From contig CP064973.1 in assembly GCA_016699365.1 (NCBI GenBank), positions 575,161 through 639,160 on the forward strand: DNA of 64,000 nucleotides. Reading direction: 5' to 3'. The translations under genes and the position numbers were made by a program. This document shows positions 49,665-58,979 of this stretch, in pieces. The stretch comes from Candidatus Nomurabacteria bacterium (GTDB taxonomy: Bacteria; Patescibacteriota; Minisyncoccia; Phycocordibacterales; UBA9973). Each line of letters opens with the position of its first letter. The stretch's first letter is position 1. The notes under the pieces are model-generated. The model was given only the letters and a program-made list of their open reading frames with translations, had not been told where the DNA came from and made no database searches.

Positions 49665-50959
49665 ATGGTAAAAGCTATACATGTTTCTGAATTGAAAAAT
49701 CATAGTGGTGAAGACGCAACCGTACAAGGTTTCGTTCATACACTTCGCGTGCAAAGTAAGATTATTTTCTTGATACTTCGTGATGTAACTGGAATCGCAC
49801 AAACAGTTGTAGAGATCAAAGATCCTGAAGTATTTGAAATTGCAAAAAATCTCTCTCATGAATCTGTTGTTAGAATATCCGGCTTAGTAAAAGACGTACC
49901 TCAGGCTCCAGGTGGATTTGAAATTGGAGTCTCATCTATCGAAGTACTCTCAGTTGCAAACCCTGAACTACCGATTCCAATTATTGAAAGGGAAATGAGG
50001 AAACAGAAGCTCCAACACGTTTTGACTATCGATGGATAGACCTACGTAAGCCAGAAAAAACAAAAATATTTAAAGTTTGGACTGAGCTCGAAAAAGGTTT
50101 CAGAAAATATTGGGATGAAAATGGGTATACCCAGCTCTACTCACCATCTTTTATGTCTACACCGTCTGAAACTGGAGCAGAAGTTTTCGAGGTAAATTAT
50201 TTTGACCGCAAGGCATACCTCGCACAATCTCCACAATTCTACAAACAAATGGGAATTGCATCTGGTTTTGAGCGCGTATTTATCGCAGGTCCAGTATTTA
50301 GAGCAGAAGAATCTTTCACAACTCGTCATATGACAGAGTTCACTGGCTGGGACTTCGAGATTGGTTTTATAGATTCACACCATGATGTTATGGACCAAGA
50401 AGAAGGAATGATTGTTTCTGGATTTGAAAATCTAAAAGCTAAATTCCCAGAGCTTGATATTACTGTTCCGAGTATACCTTTTCCAAGAATAAAAATGACT
50501 GAAGCAAAAGAAATCCTTTCCAAAGAAGGAATTGCAAGTTCTGAAGACCATGACCTATCACCAGAAGAAGAACGCGCAATATGTGAATATGTAAAAAAAG
50601 AACACAATCACGAATTCGTTTTCATAACTGATTACCACAAATCAAAATCTGCTTTCTACCACATGAGATTGGAAGAGGGATCTGACAGATCTCGTCGCGC
50701 AGACTTACTTTTCCGAGGTATCGAAATAACGACACTTGCACAACGTGAGCATCGTATAGACATACTTGAAGCTCAGGCAAAGGAGAAGGGAATGTCACTT
50801 GAAGCACTGTCTGACTATCTAAATTTCTTCCGCTACGGCTGTCCTCCACATGGAGGTGCTGGAATTGGCCCAGGACGTCTTATAATGAAGATCTTAGACC
50901 TTCCAAACGTCCGTGAGGCGACATATCTACCGAGAGACGTGAAGAGACTTAATCCGTAA
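49665..50959 (+). CDS. aspS: aspartate--tRNA ligase, archaeal/eukaryal type, interrupted by an apparent -1 frameshift
   Basis: OB-fold anticodon-binding domain in 49665-50039; the catalytic core in the -1 frame reads from ...TRFDYRWIDLRKPE... (motif 2 FRAE, motif 3 GGAGIGPGRL, C-terminus LPRDVKRLNP as in archaeal-type AspRS). One extra T in the T4 run at 50020-50023 joins them. Confidence 0.85.
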
Positions 50960-50993
50960 AAGATAAAAGCACCCATTGCGGGTGCTTTTTTAT

Positions 50994-51644
50994 TTAATTA
51001 CCATTTATTGATAAATCATACTGATTTAGTATTAGTTCGCGCATATCATGACAGACACGATTAATACTTCCACTTGGGATTTTTCCAAGTATACAACAAG
51101 GATGCATTTCCAAGGTATCTAAAACTGATTCGTACCAGAAATTCTTCATTCGATCATCTCCAAACTGGTGATTGTCTGCAATAAGTCCTACAGGTATAGA
51201 ATGCATGATTGCCCATGCAACTATCCCTAATCCTTGCGGGAAATTATCTGGATATCTAGGATCAAAATAATCGTATCGTCGTACATATAGATCTGTAATA
51301 ATTCCATCAATATCCTCAAGTGGTTTTGTTTCAGGCTCTTCTACTACAGAATCCACGAGCTTGGTTTTTATCGCAAGTGCGCTTGAGCTTTCATCTTGAG
51401 TATACAATTCATTTATTTCAAGTCTTTTTACTATTTTTTCTTCAGGAATTAGTCTATTGCGAAATGAAAGATGATTTAGATTTGCGCCCACCATTTTTTC
51501 AAATTCTTCAATCGATTTTGCAATCAAATTACCCTCATCAAGAAGAAAGAATTTTCGCATGTATATATCATCTTCACTTAATTTCAAAGAAGAACTTAAA
51601 CGAATTATTTTGAAGTTCGTACTTGTATTTGCTGACACTTTCAT
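50994..51644 (-). CDS. hypothetical protein
   Basis: 216 aa; conserved-looking GLGIVAWAIMHSIPVGLIADNHQFGDD; no family recognised. Confidence 0.5.
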   Translation of the reverse strand: MKVSANTSTNFKIIRLSSSLKLSEDDIYMRKFFLLDEGNLIAKSIEEFEKMVGANLNHLSFRNRLIPEEKIVKRLEINELYTQDESSSALAIKTKLVDSVVEEPETKPLEDIDGIITDLYVRRYDYFDPRYPDNFPQGLGIVAWAIMHSIPVGLIADNHQFGDDRMKNFWYESVLDTLEMHPCCILGKIPSGSINRVCHDMRELILNQYDLSINGN

Positions 51645-51735
51645 AGAATATTTTTTAAAACAATAACAAACAATCTTACTAATGTCAAATATAAAAAGCT
51701 TTTAATATCCATTTTTTTAGCTTACAATAGTTTTT

Positions 51736-52479
51736 ATGGAAGAAATTACTAAAGCTGGATACACTATAAAAACCGAAGCTTTTTCAGGTCCATTTGATCT
51801 ACTTCTAGAACTAATAGAGAACAAAAAACTCTTTGTAAATGAAATCTCGCTTGCTGAAATAACAGCTGATTATATTGAGCATGTGCGCAAAATGGAGTCT
51901 TTAGATCTAGGTCAGGCTACGCATTTTGCTGTGGTTGCAGCGACCCTTATCCTAATAAAATCAAAATCTCTATTACCAAATCTACCACTCACAAAAGAAG
52001 AAGAAACTTCAATCGATGACCTGGAACTTCGACTTAAACTTTACCAAGCTATAAAAGATATTGCTCCGTATATAAAAGAAAAATATGGAAAAGTTGTCCT
52101 ACTGCCACTACCAGACAGACCTATCGGAACAGCACTTTTTAGCCCAGATAAAAATCTAAAAAAAGAAAGTATAGAATCTGCAATATTAAATGTTCTAGGA
52201 TCTCTACCGGTAAAAGTCGATCTACCTGAGGTAACAGTAAAAACAATAGTAAGTATCGAAGAGATGATATCTTCACTTGAAGAGCGCATAACTAGCACTA
52301 TGACACTCTCTTTTAAGGAGTTTAGTCGTTCAGACAGTTCCGAGGTAAAGGAAGTTAAAATTCATACAATAGTATCATTCTTGGCACTGCTCGAACTTGT
52401 GCGAACAGGGATTATTGATGTTATGCAAACAAACGCGTATGATGATATGACAATTAGTAAACGAATAGAAAATATATGA
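51736..52479 (+). CDS. scpA: segregation and condensation protein A
   Basis: FSGPFDLLLELIENKKL ScpA N-terminal signature. Confidence 0.85.
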   Translation: MEEITKAGYTIKTEAFSGPFDLLLELIENKKLFVNEISLAEITADYIEHVRKMESLDLGQATHFAVVAATLILIKSKSLLPNLPLTKEEETSIDDLELRLKLYQAIKDIAPYIKEKYGKVVLLPLPDRPIGTALFSPDKNLKKESIESAILNVLGSLPVKVDLPEVTVKTIVSIEEMISSLEERITSTMTLSFKEFSRSDSSEVKEVKIHTIVSFLALLELVRTGIIDVMQTNAYDDMTISKRIENI

Positions 52480-53030
52480 ACATAGAACTTGATGCAAAAA
52501 TTGAAGCCCTGCTTTTCTCAAAAGCAGAACCAGTAAGCATAAAAGAGCTTGCTCGTACTTTCAACGAAAGTGAAGTTAGTATCGGTGAAGCATTGGAAAA
52601 ATTAAAACAAAAACTTTCTGACAGAGGAGTTAGATTAATTTCGCACGAGAACTTAGTAACACTATCTACTGCTCCAGAATGCGCTGTATTCTTAGATGAA
52701 ATTAGGAGAGAAGAATTATCAAGAGAACTTTCCAAGGCAAGCTTAGAAACACTATCTATAATCCTCTATACAGACAAACCAACGCGCGGAGATATAGATT
52801 ACATAAGAGGAGTGAACTCCAGTTTTATATTAAGAAACTTACTCGTTCGCGGAATAATAGAAAAAGATATTCATCCTGAAGATAGTCGCAAATTCATATA
52901 TAAACCGACTCTAGACCTATTAAGATTCTTGGGAATAACCAACGTATCAGATCTAGAAAATTTTTCAGAGACAAAAGAAAAATTAAATGCATTTAGGTCT
53001 GCAAAGCCCGAAGAAAACACCAAAGAATAG
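52476..53030 (+). CDS. scpB: segregation and condensation protein B
   Basis: IEALLFSKAEPVSIKELA ScpB winged-helix N domain; 4-nt overlap with scpA. Confidence 0.85.
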   Translation: MNIELDAKIEALLFSKAEPVSIKELARTFNESEVSIGEALEKLKQKLSDRGVRLISHENLVTLSTAPECAVFLDEIRREELSRELSKASLETLSIILYTDKPTRGDIDYIRGVNSSFILRNLLVRGIIEKDIHPEDSRKFIYKPTLDLLRFLGITNVSDLENFSETKEKLNAFRSAKPEENTKE

Positions 53031-53037
53031 ACTAACA

Positions 53038-53976
53038 ATGTATCCGAGTCGGCCAACAATTTTTTCTACACTGTTTTTAACATTCTGCCTTTTGGTAGTT
53101 TTTATATATCAAACAAAAATAAATGAAGCTCGAGAAACTGAAAGACAAATTTTAGAATCTCAATTGGAAAATTCTAAAAAAGAAATTTTCGAAAATCTAG
53201 AGCTGCAGGCGCAGGCATTTGTTATAAAAGATATTGATTCAGGTGAAATAATCTACGAATATGGGATGTACAGAAAAATGCCACTCGCTTCTCTAACAAA
53301 ACTTATGACCGCATATGTATCACAAAAATATGCTCCTAGTAGTTTCAAAGTAGAAATAAATGAACAAGATCTAAAAGCAGTTGGAGATGCGAAGCTGTAT
53401 CCTGGAGATACATGGAACTTAAATGATATTGTATCTTTTGCTATGGTAAATTCATCAAACGACGCAATAGAATCAATAGACAGAAATCTGTCAGCATATT
53501 TTGGTGGAAATAATAAATTTGTAGAAAAGATGAACGAAGAAGCTCTGCTTTTAGGTTTGTATAGTATGGAATTTTTTAATGCTACAGGCCTCGATGTAAA
53601 CCAAAATACAAATGGGGGATATGGTTCTGTAAATGATGTAGCTAGTCTAACGATGCATGTTTTCAATGAATACCCGCATGTCTTGAAAGATACTATTTCC
53701 TCTAGAGCAAAATTTATATCTCTTTCAAACAAAGAGTATGAATCTATAAATACAAATACTTATATAGATTCATTATCGCCAATAATCGCATCAAAAACAG
53801 GCTATACGAACATAACTGGGGGCAATCTTGTCATTATAAAAGAAATACAGGGCAAAAAATTTGTATTTGTTGTAATGGGTTCAACTTATGAGGGCAGGTT
53901 TATAGATATGTCTATCTTAGCTAGAGCTGTAGAAGAATACCTACCCATAAAAACAGCCTACGATTTTAAAATTTAG
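53038..53976 (+). CDS. D-alanyl-D-alanine carboxypeptidase (S11 penicillin-binding protein)
   Basis: Start at MYPSRPTIF (signal anchor); SxxK (ASLTK), SxN (SSND), KTG (SKTGYT) motifs. Confidence 0.8.
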   Translation: MYPSRPTIFSTLFLTFCLLVVFIYQTKINEARETERQILESQLENSKKEIFENLELQAQAFVIKDIDSGEIIYEYGMYRKMPLASLTKLMTAYVSQKYAPSSFKVEINEQDLKAVGDAKLYPGDTWNLNDIVSFAMVNSSNDAIESIDRNLSAYFGGNNKFVEKMNEEALLLGLYSMEFFNATGLDVNQNTNGGYGSVNDVASLTMHVFNEYPHVLKDTISSRAKFISLSNKEYESINTNTYIDSLSPIIASKTGYTNITGGNLVIIKEIQGKKFVFVVMGSTYEGRFIDMSILARAVEEYLPIKTAYDFKI

Positions 53977-54009
53977 CAAATAACTTATACAATTGTTATA
54001 CTTCTAAAT

Positions 54010-55068
54010 ATGATAATAAATATAATCAAAATATTTATACCGACCACGATAGCATTCTTTTTAGGTATTGGTATGACCCCTTTTCTAATGCGACTGTTTA
54101 TAAAAAACCGTCTCTGGAAAAGACATGCTCGAATAGATGAAACTATAAATGCCGATAAAATTTCGCCAACATTTACAGCCATACACAACACAAAAGAAGA
54201 GCTAGCTACACCAAGAGTCGGCGGTTCAATCATTTGGTTAGCGACACTAGGTACAGCATTGATAATATTCCTGATTTCTGTATTTATACCAAACGAAATA
54301 ACTGAAAAACTAAACTTCATAAGTAGAAATCAAACACTACTTTTATTGTTCGCAATGCTTATAGCCAGCCTTGTTGGATTAACAGATGATCTGCTTACAA
54401 TTTTTGCAAAACCAGGAACTTTTGCAAATGGATTTCCTAGAGGATACATGATTTCAATCGTCCTATCTATAGGGCTTATTGGCGGCTTGTGGTTTTACTA
54501 CAAACTTGGAATATCTAGCATGGCAATACCTGTATTTGGAATACTTCCGCTTGGTATGCTGTTCATACCAGTTTTTATGGCAGTAATATTTGCAGTTTTT
54601 TCAAGTGGTGTAATAGACGGAATAGATGGACTAGCAGGAGGCGTGATGGCTATTATATTTGGAGCATATTCAACAATTGCTCTTTTGCAGAATCAAATTG
54701 ATATAGCAGTATTTTGCGCTGTTGTGACTGGAGCAATATTATCTTTCTTGTGGTTCAATATTCCACCAGCAAGATTTTATATGGGAGAAACCGGCATGCT
54801 CGGACTTACTGTCACATTAACTATAGTAGCTTTCCTTACAGATACAGTTCTACTTCTACCAGTAGTTGCTTTTCCTCTTTTTGCTACAGCCCTATCTTCT
54901 GCAATACAAATATTTTCAAAAAAGTATTTCAATAAAAAAGTATTTAAAGTTGCACCTCTGCACCATCACTTTGAAGCACTAGGTTGGTCAAGGGCGAAAA
55001 TTACAATGCGGTATTGGGTTATATCTATAATATTTGCGATTATTGGAATAGTTCTATCTCTATTATAA
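54010..55068 (+). CDS. mraY: phospho-N-acetylmuramoyl-pentapeptide transferase
   Basis: Ten TM helices; conserved DDLLTIF and GIDGLAGG motifs. Confidence 0.93.
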   Translation: MIINIIKIFIPTTIAFFLGIGMTPFLMRLFIKNRLWKRHARIDETINADKISPTFTAIHNTKEELATPRVGGSIIWLATLGTALIIFLISVFIPNEITEKLNFISRNQTLLLLFAMLIASLVGLTDDLLTIFAKPGTFANGFPRGYMISIVLSIGLIGGLWFYYKLGISSMAIPVFGILPLGMLFIPVFMAVIFAVFSSGVIDGIDGLAGGVMAIIFGAYSTIALLQNQIDIAVFCAVVTGAILSFLWFNIPPARFYMGETGMLGLTVTLTIVAFLTDTVLLLPVVAFPLFATALSSAIQIFSKKYFNKKVFKVAPLHHHFEALGWSRAKITMRYWVISIIFAIIGIVLSLL

Positions 55069-55070
55069 AA

Positions 55071-56183
55071 ATGTCCAAGACCAGCAAGAATTCAATAGAC
55101 AAAGTCTTCCTTGGTATTGTGGTGGCGCTAGTTATCTTTGGACTAATATCATTTGTATCTGCATCTCTAGGAATACTCGCAAAAAATGAAGAAAAATTTT
55201 ATGGCGTCTTATTCAACCAATTAGTACTGGGGTTACTAGGTGGTTCAATAGCTCTATTAATCTGCATGAAATACAAATATGATTTTTGGAGGAATAATTC
55301 TTTTATAATATTTTTAGGATCTATTGTATTAACTCTATTAGTATTCGTACCAGGACTTGGTCTTAGTCACGGCGGAGCAAGACGCTGGATATCTATTTTT
55401 GGATTCTCACTTCAGCCAGTAGAATTTTTAAAAATTGGTTTTGTTATATATTTTGCTGCTTATTTGTCATGGATAAAAAGCAAGGTCTCAGATTACAAAT
55501 TTAGTATCTTACCACTAATACTAATGATCGGGGTTATTGCGTCTGTACTACTTGCTCAACCAGATACAAAAAGTCTGATGCTGATTATCGCAGTTGGAGC
55601 TTCTATGCTCTTCGTCTCCGGTATACCTATAAAATACATAGTTTTCTTGATTTCTATCGCTGCTGCCGGCCTCATAGCACTAGCAATGTTTACTCCTTAT
55701 CTGACAGAGCGTATAGAAACTTTTCTAGACCCAAGTAGTGATCCTAGTAATTCATCTTACCAACTCCAGCAATCACTTATCGCCATAGGGTCAGGTGGGG
55801 TTTTTGGAAGAGGTCTTGGGCAAAGTATCCAGAAGTTTAGCTACCTACCAGAACCACAAGGAGATTCCATATTCGCCGTGATTGGTGAAGAGTTCGGTTT
55901 TGTTGGCTCTGTCTTATTGTTAGTTTTATATGTGGCTTTTGTGATGAGGGGTTTACATCTTGCATACAGAGCACCCGATTCGTTCAGTAGACTTTTTATA
56001 GTTGGAATTGTTATACTTTTTGGAGCGCAATCCTTACTAAACATAGCGTCTATAGTTGGACTCTTTCCGCTAACCGGAGTTCCGCTTGTTTTTATTAGTC
56101 ACGGAGGAACATCTTTACTTATTTCATTGGCTGCGATTGGTATAATACTTAATATGTCAAAATACCAACGCAAAATTAATTAA
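55071..56183 (+). CDS. ftsW: SEDS-family peptidoglycan glycosyltransferase FtsW
   Basis: Start at MSKTSKNS, right after the mraY stop; FtsW/RodA topology and motifs; dcw-cluster context between mraY and murG. Confidence 0.88.
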   Translation: MSKTSKNSIDKVFLGIVVALVIFGLISFVSASLGILAKNEEKFYGVLFNQLVLGLLGGSIALLICMKYKYDFWRNNSFIIFLGSIVLTLLVFVPGLGLSHGGARRWISIFGFSLQPVEFLKIGFVIYFAAYLSWIKSKVSDYKFSILPLILMIGVIASVLLAQPDTKSLMLIIAVGASMLFVSGIPIKYIVFLISIAAAGLIALAMFTPYLTERIETFLDPSSDPSNSSYQLQQSLIAIGSGGVFGRGLGQSIQKFSYLPEPQGDSIFAVIGEEFGFVGSVLLLVLYVAFVMRGLHLAYRAPDSFSRLFIVGIVILFGAQSLLNIASIVGLFPLTGVPLVFISHGGTSLLISLAAIGIILNMSKYQRKIN

Positions 56184-56185
56184 TT

Positions 56186-57313
56186 ATGAGAATACTTTTT
56201 ACAGGAGGAGGAACCGGCGGGCATTTTTACCCAATCATTGCTATTGCTGAAGCATTGAACAAGATAGTCGACGAGGAAAAGATTTTAAAATCGGAACTTT
56301 ACTATATGTCTACCGAGCCATATGACAAGCAGGCACTTTTTGAAAATAATATAAAGTTTGTACAAGTAAACGCAGGTAAGCTTCGGATATACCCATCTAT
56401 AAAAAACATAACTGATATGTTTAAAACAGCGACTGGATGCATGGAAGCAATATTTAAAATATTTGCTCTATATCCTGATGTTGTATTTGGTAAAGGTGGC
56501 TTTGCGAGCTTCCCAGCACTTTTTGCAGCAAAGATTCTACGTATACCTGTAGTTATCCATGAATCAGACTCTGCCCCGGGTAGAGTAAACAAATGGGCAA
56601 GTAAATTTGCAAAAAGAATAGCAATATCTTTCCCAGAAGCAATAGACTCTTTCCCAAAAAATAAAACAGCTTGGACAGGACAGCCTGTGCGTAGAGATAT
56701 TGCACGAGGAGTAAAAGAAGGAGCTCATGAATACTTTGGGTTTGATCAAAACATTCCAGTGATCCTAATTTTAGGTGGATCTCAAGGTGCTCAAAAAATA
56801 AACAACGCTCTTATAGACGCACTTCCTGCTCTTCTTCCAAATTTCCAAATAATTCATCAAGTTGGTCCTAAAAATCTTGAAGACATAACACAAACCGCAA
56901 ACGTAATAATTGCAAACAATGAATTCAAAAAAAGATACAAACCTATTGGTTTTTTAAATCCATTGGGAATAAAAATGGCAGCTGGTGCTGCAAATATAGT
57001 AGTATCTCGTGCTGGTTCAACCATATTTGAAATAGCAGGCTGGGGAGTTCCAGCTATAATAATTCCTTTTGATAAATCAAACGGAGATCATTCACGTAAA
57101 AATGCGTATACATACGCAAGAAGTGGCGCAGGAGAGGTGATAGAGGAAACAAATCTTTCCCCAAACCTTCTAGTTGCAGAAATCGAAAAATTGGTAGGGG
57201 ATAGTGTGAAAATAGAAGCAATGAAAAAAGCCGCGCTTTCTTTTGCGCGACCAGATGCTGCAAATACTATTGCAAGAGAAATTATAAATATCGCACTCAA
57301 GCACGAACAATAA
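56186..57313 (+). CDS. murG: UDP-N-acetylglucosamine--N-acetylmuramyl-(pentapeptide) pyrophosphoryl-undecaprenol GlcNAc transferase
   Basis: MRILFTGGGTGGHFYPIIAIAEAL N-terminal Gly-rich motif; GT-B fold. Confidence 0.93.
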   Translation: MRILFTGGGTGGHFYPIIAIAEALNKIVDEEKILKSELYYMSTEPYDKQALFENNIKFVQVNAGKLRIYPSIKNITDMFKTATGCMEAIFKIFALYPDVVFGKGGFASFPALFAAKILRIPVVIHESDSAPGRVNKWASKFAKRIAISFPEAIDSFPKNKTAWTGQPVRRDIARGVKEGAHEYFGFDQNIPVILILGGSQGAQKINNALIDALPALLPNFQIIHQVGPKNLEDITQTANVIIANNEFKKRYKPIGFLNPLGIKMAAGAANIVVSRAGSTIFEIAGWGVPAIIIPFDKSNGDHSRKNAYTYARSGAGEVIEETNLSPNLLVAEIEKLVGDSVKIEAMKKAALSFARPDAANTIAREIINIALKHEQ

Positions 57314-57316
57314 AAA

Positions 57317-57445
57317 AAGCGCCGATCTAAAAAGAGATCGACGCAAACGAGGTCTGATCACACCCCTGGATACCTCCACTGTCAGCTCATTAGGCCACAG
57401 CAACCGGGAGGGTCGTTGCTATGCCTGTACTCTCTAATCCGTAAT
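57317..57445 (-). ncRNA. candidate small structured RNA of unknown class, antisense-oriented between murG and gltX
   Basis: GC-rich island. The minus strand ends with the intrinsic terminator GCGUCGAUCU-CUUUUU-AGAUCGGCGC plus UUUUUU at 57317-57350. Internal hairpin AGCAAC-CGGGAGGGUC-GUUGCU. No good match to SRP, tmRNA, RNase P or tRNA. Confidence 0.4.
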
Positions 57446-57516
57446 TAGGATATTAACATATTAATATTCTAAAGTCAAGTATCCTCAAAAAAGCCTTTAT
57501 TTGCTATACTTTTTCT

Positions 57517-58968
57517 ATGCCTGAATCAAAAAAAGTTGTAACTCGTTTTGCACCAAGCCCAACAGGCTATATGCATATAGGTGGTGTGCGCACTGCGCTT
57601 TTTGCGTGGGCATTTGCACGTAAAAATAAAGGAACTTTTATACTTAGAATAGAAGATACTGACAAAGCCCGTGAAGTAGAAGGTTCTATTGAACATATAA
57701 TAAAATCTTTAAAGTGGCTCGGTATTGAGTGGGATGAAGGAGTCGATATAGGCGGACCAAATGCACCATATCTTCAATCAAAAAGATTGGACTCTTATAA
57801 AAAATACGCAAACATTTTAATCGAAAAAGGTCTTGCTTACGCAGACCCATATACAGAAGCAGAAGTTGAAGAATTTAGAAAAAAATCCGAAGCAGATAAA
57901 AAACCTTTTTTGTTCAGAGATTACAGACCAGAAAATCCTCCAGCTTGGGATGGAACAAAACCTCTTCGGTTAAAAGTATCTGAAATAAAATCTTATAAAT
58001 GGAACGATCTAGTTCGAGGAGAACTTTCTGCTGGACCGGAAGCTTTAGATGACATAATTCTAATTAAAAGCGATGGATATCCTACTTACAATTTTGCACA
58101 TATAATCGACGATCTAGAAATGGGAGTAACACATATCATGAGAGCCGATGAATTCATATCTTCAACTCCAAAGTTTTTGTCTATATACGAAGCACTTGGT
58201 ATTGAAAGACCTGAATTTGCGACCCTTCCGCCTATTATGGCTCCTGATGGAAAAAAGAAGCTCGGCAAGCGCGACGGTGCAAAAGATATATTGGAATACA
58301 AAGACGAAGGATATTTACCCGAAGCCATGATAAATTTTTTGGCTTTTATTGGATGGAACCCAGGAGACGAAAGAGAAATTCTTAGCCCTTCTGAGTTTAT
58401 AGAATCTTTTGATATTACAAAGGTCCAAAAATCTGGAGGTGGTTTTAATACAGAGAAACTAAATTGGATAAATCGTGAACATATGAAAAGTCTTACAGAG
58501 TCTGAATTTTTAATTAAATTAGATGAACACATACCGCAAGATTTTAAAAACAAGATAGGGGATAAAATAAATAAACTAGTACCACTAATCAAAGAAAGGA
58601 TAGAGAAATTTTCTGATATAAAAAATATGATAGAGATAGGGGACTTAGATTATTTTTCTGATAGACCAAAATACGATGCGACTAAATTGATATTTAAATA
58701 TTCCACAAAAGAAGCTATTGTTGAAAATCTAAAACATGGATATGAATTGATAGATGGAATAAAAGATACTGAATTTACACAAGATTCTATAAAAGAAACT
58801 CTTATGAATAATCTAGATAAAGATAAGCGTGGTCCGACACTTCATCCTATTCGTATAGCACTATCCGGACTAGATAAATCACCAGATCCTTTTGTTATTT
58901 CATCTATATTGGGCAAATCAGAGACATTGGAAAGAATCAAAATTGCTATGGAACTCCTCGCGGGTTAA
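57517..58968 (+). CDS. gltX: glutamate--tRNA ligase
   Basis: VVTRFAPSPTGYMHIGGVRTALF (HIGH region) and KLGKRDGA (KMSKS-like) motifs. Confidence 0.93.
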   Translation: MPESKKVVTRFAPSPTGYMHIGGVRTALFAWAFARKNKGTFILRIEDTDKAREVEGSIEHIIKSLKWLGIEWDEGVDIGGPNAPYLQSKRLDSYKKYANILIEKGLAYADPYTEAEVEEFRKKSEADKKPFLFRDYRPENPPAWDGTKPLRLKVSEIKSYKWNDLVRGELSAGPEALDDIILIKSDGYPTYNFAHIIDDLEMGVTHIMRADEFISSTPKFLSIYEALGIERPEFATLPPIMAPDGKKKLGKRDGAKDILEYKDEGYLPEAMINFLAFIGWNPGDEREILSPSEFIESFDITKVQKSGGGFNTEKLNWINREHMKSLTESEFLIKLDEHIPQDFKNKIGDKINKLVPLIKERIEKFSDIKNMIEIGDLDYFSDRPKYDATKLIFKYSTKEAIVENLKHGYELIDGIKDTEFTQDSIKETLMNNLDKDKRGPTLHPIRIALSGLDKSPDPFVISSILGKSETLERIKIAMELLAG

Positions 58969-58979
58969 GATATAGTAAT

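Noticed and set aside
57317-57445. SRP RNA (ffs) assignment for the murG-gltX small RNA
   Set aside because: The apical loop has a GNRA-like GGGA, but the flanking strands lack the conserved AGCAGC/GGAA domain-IV motifs, so I left the class open.
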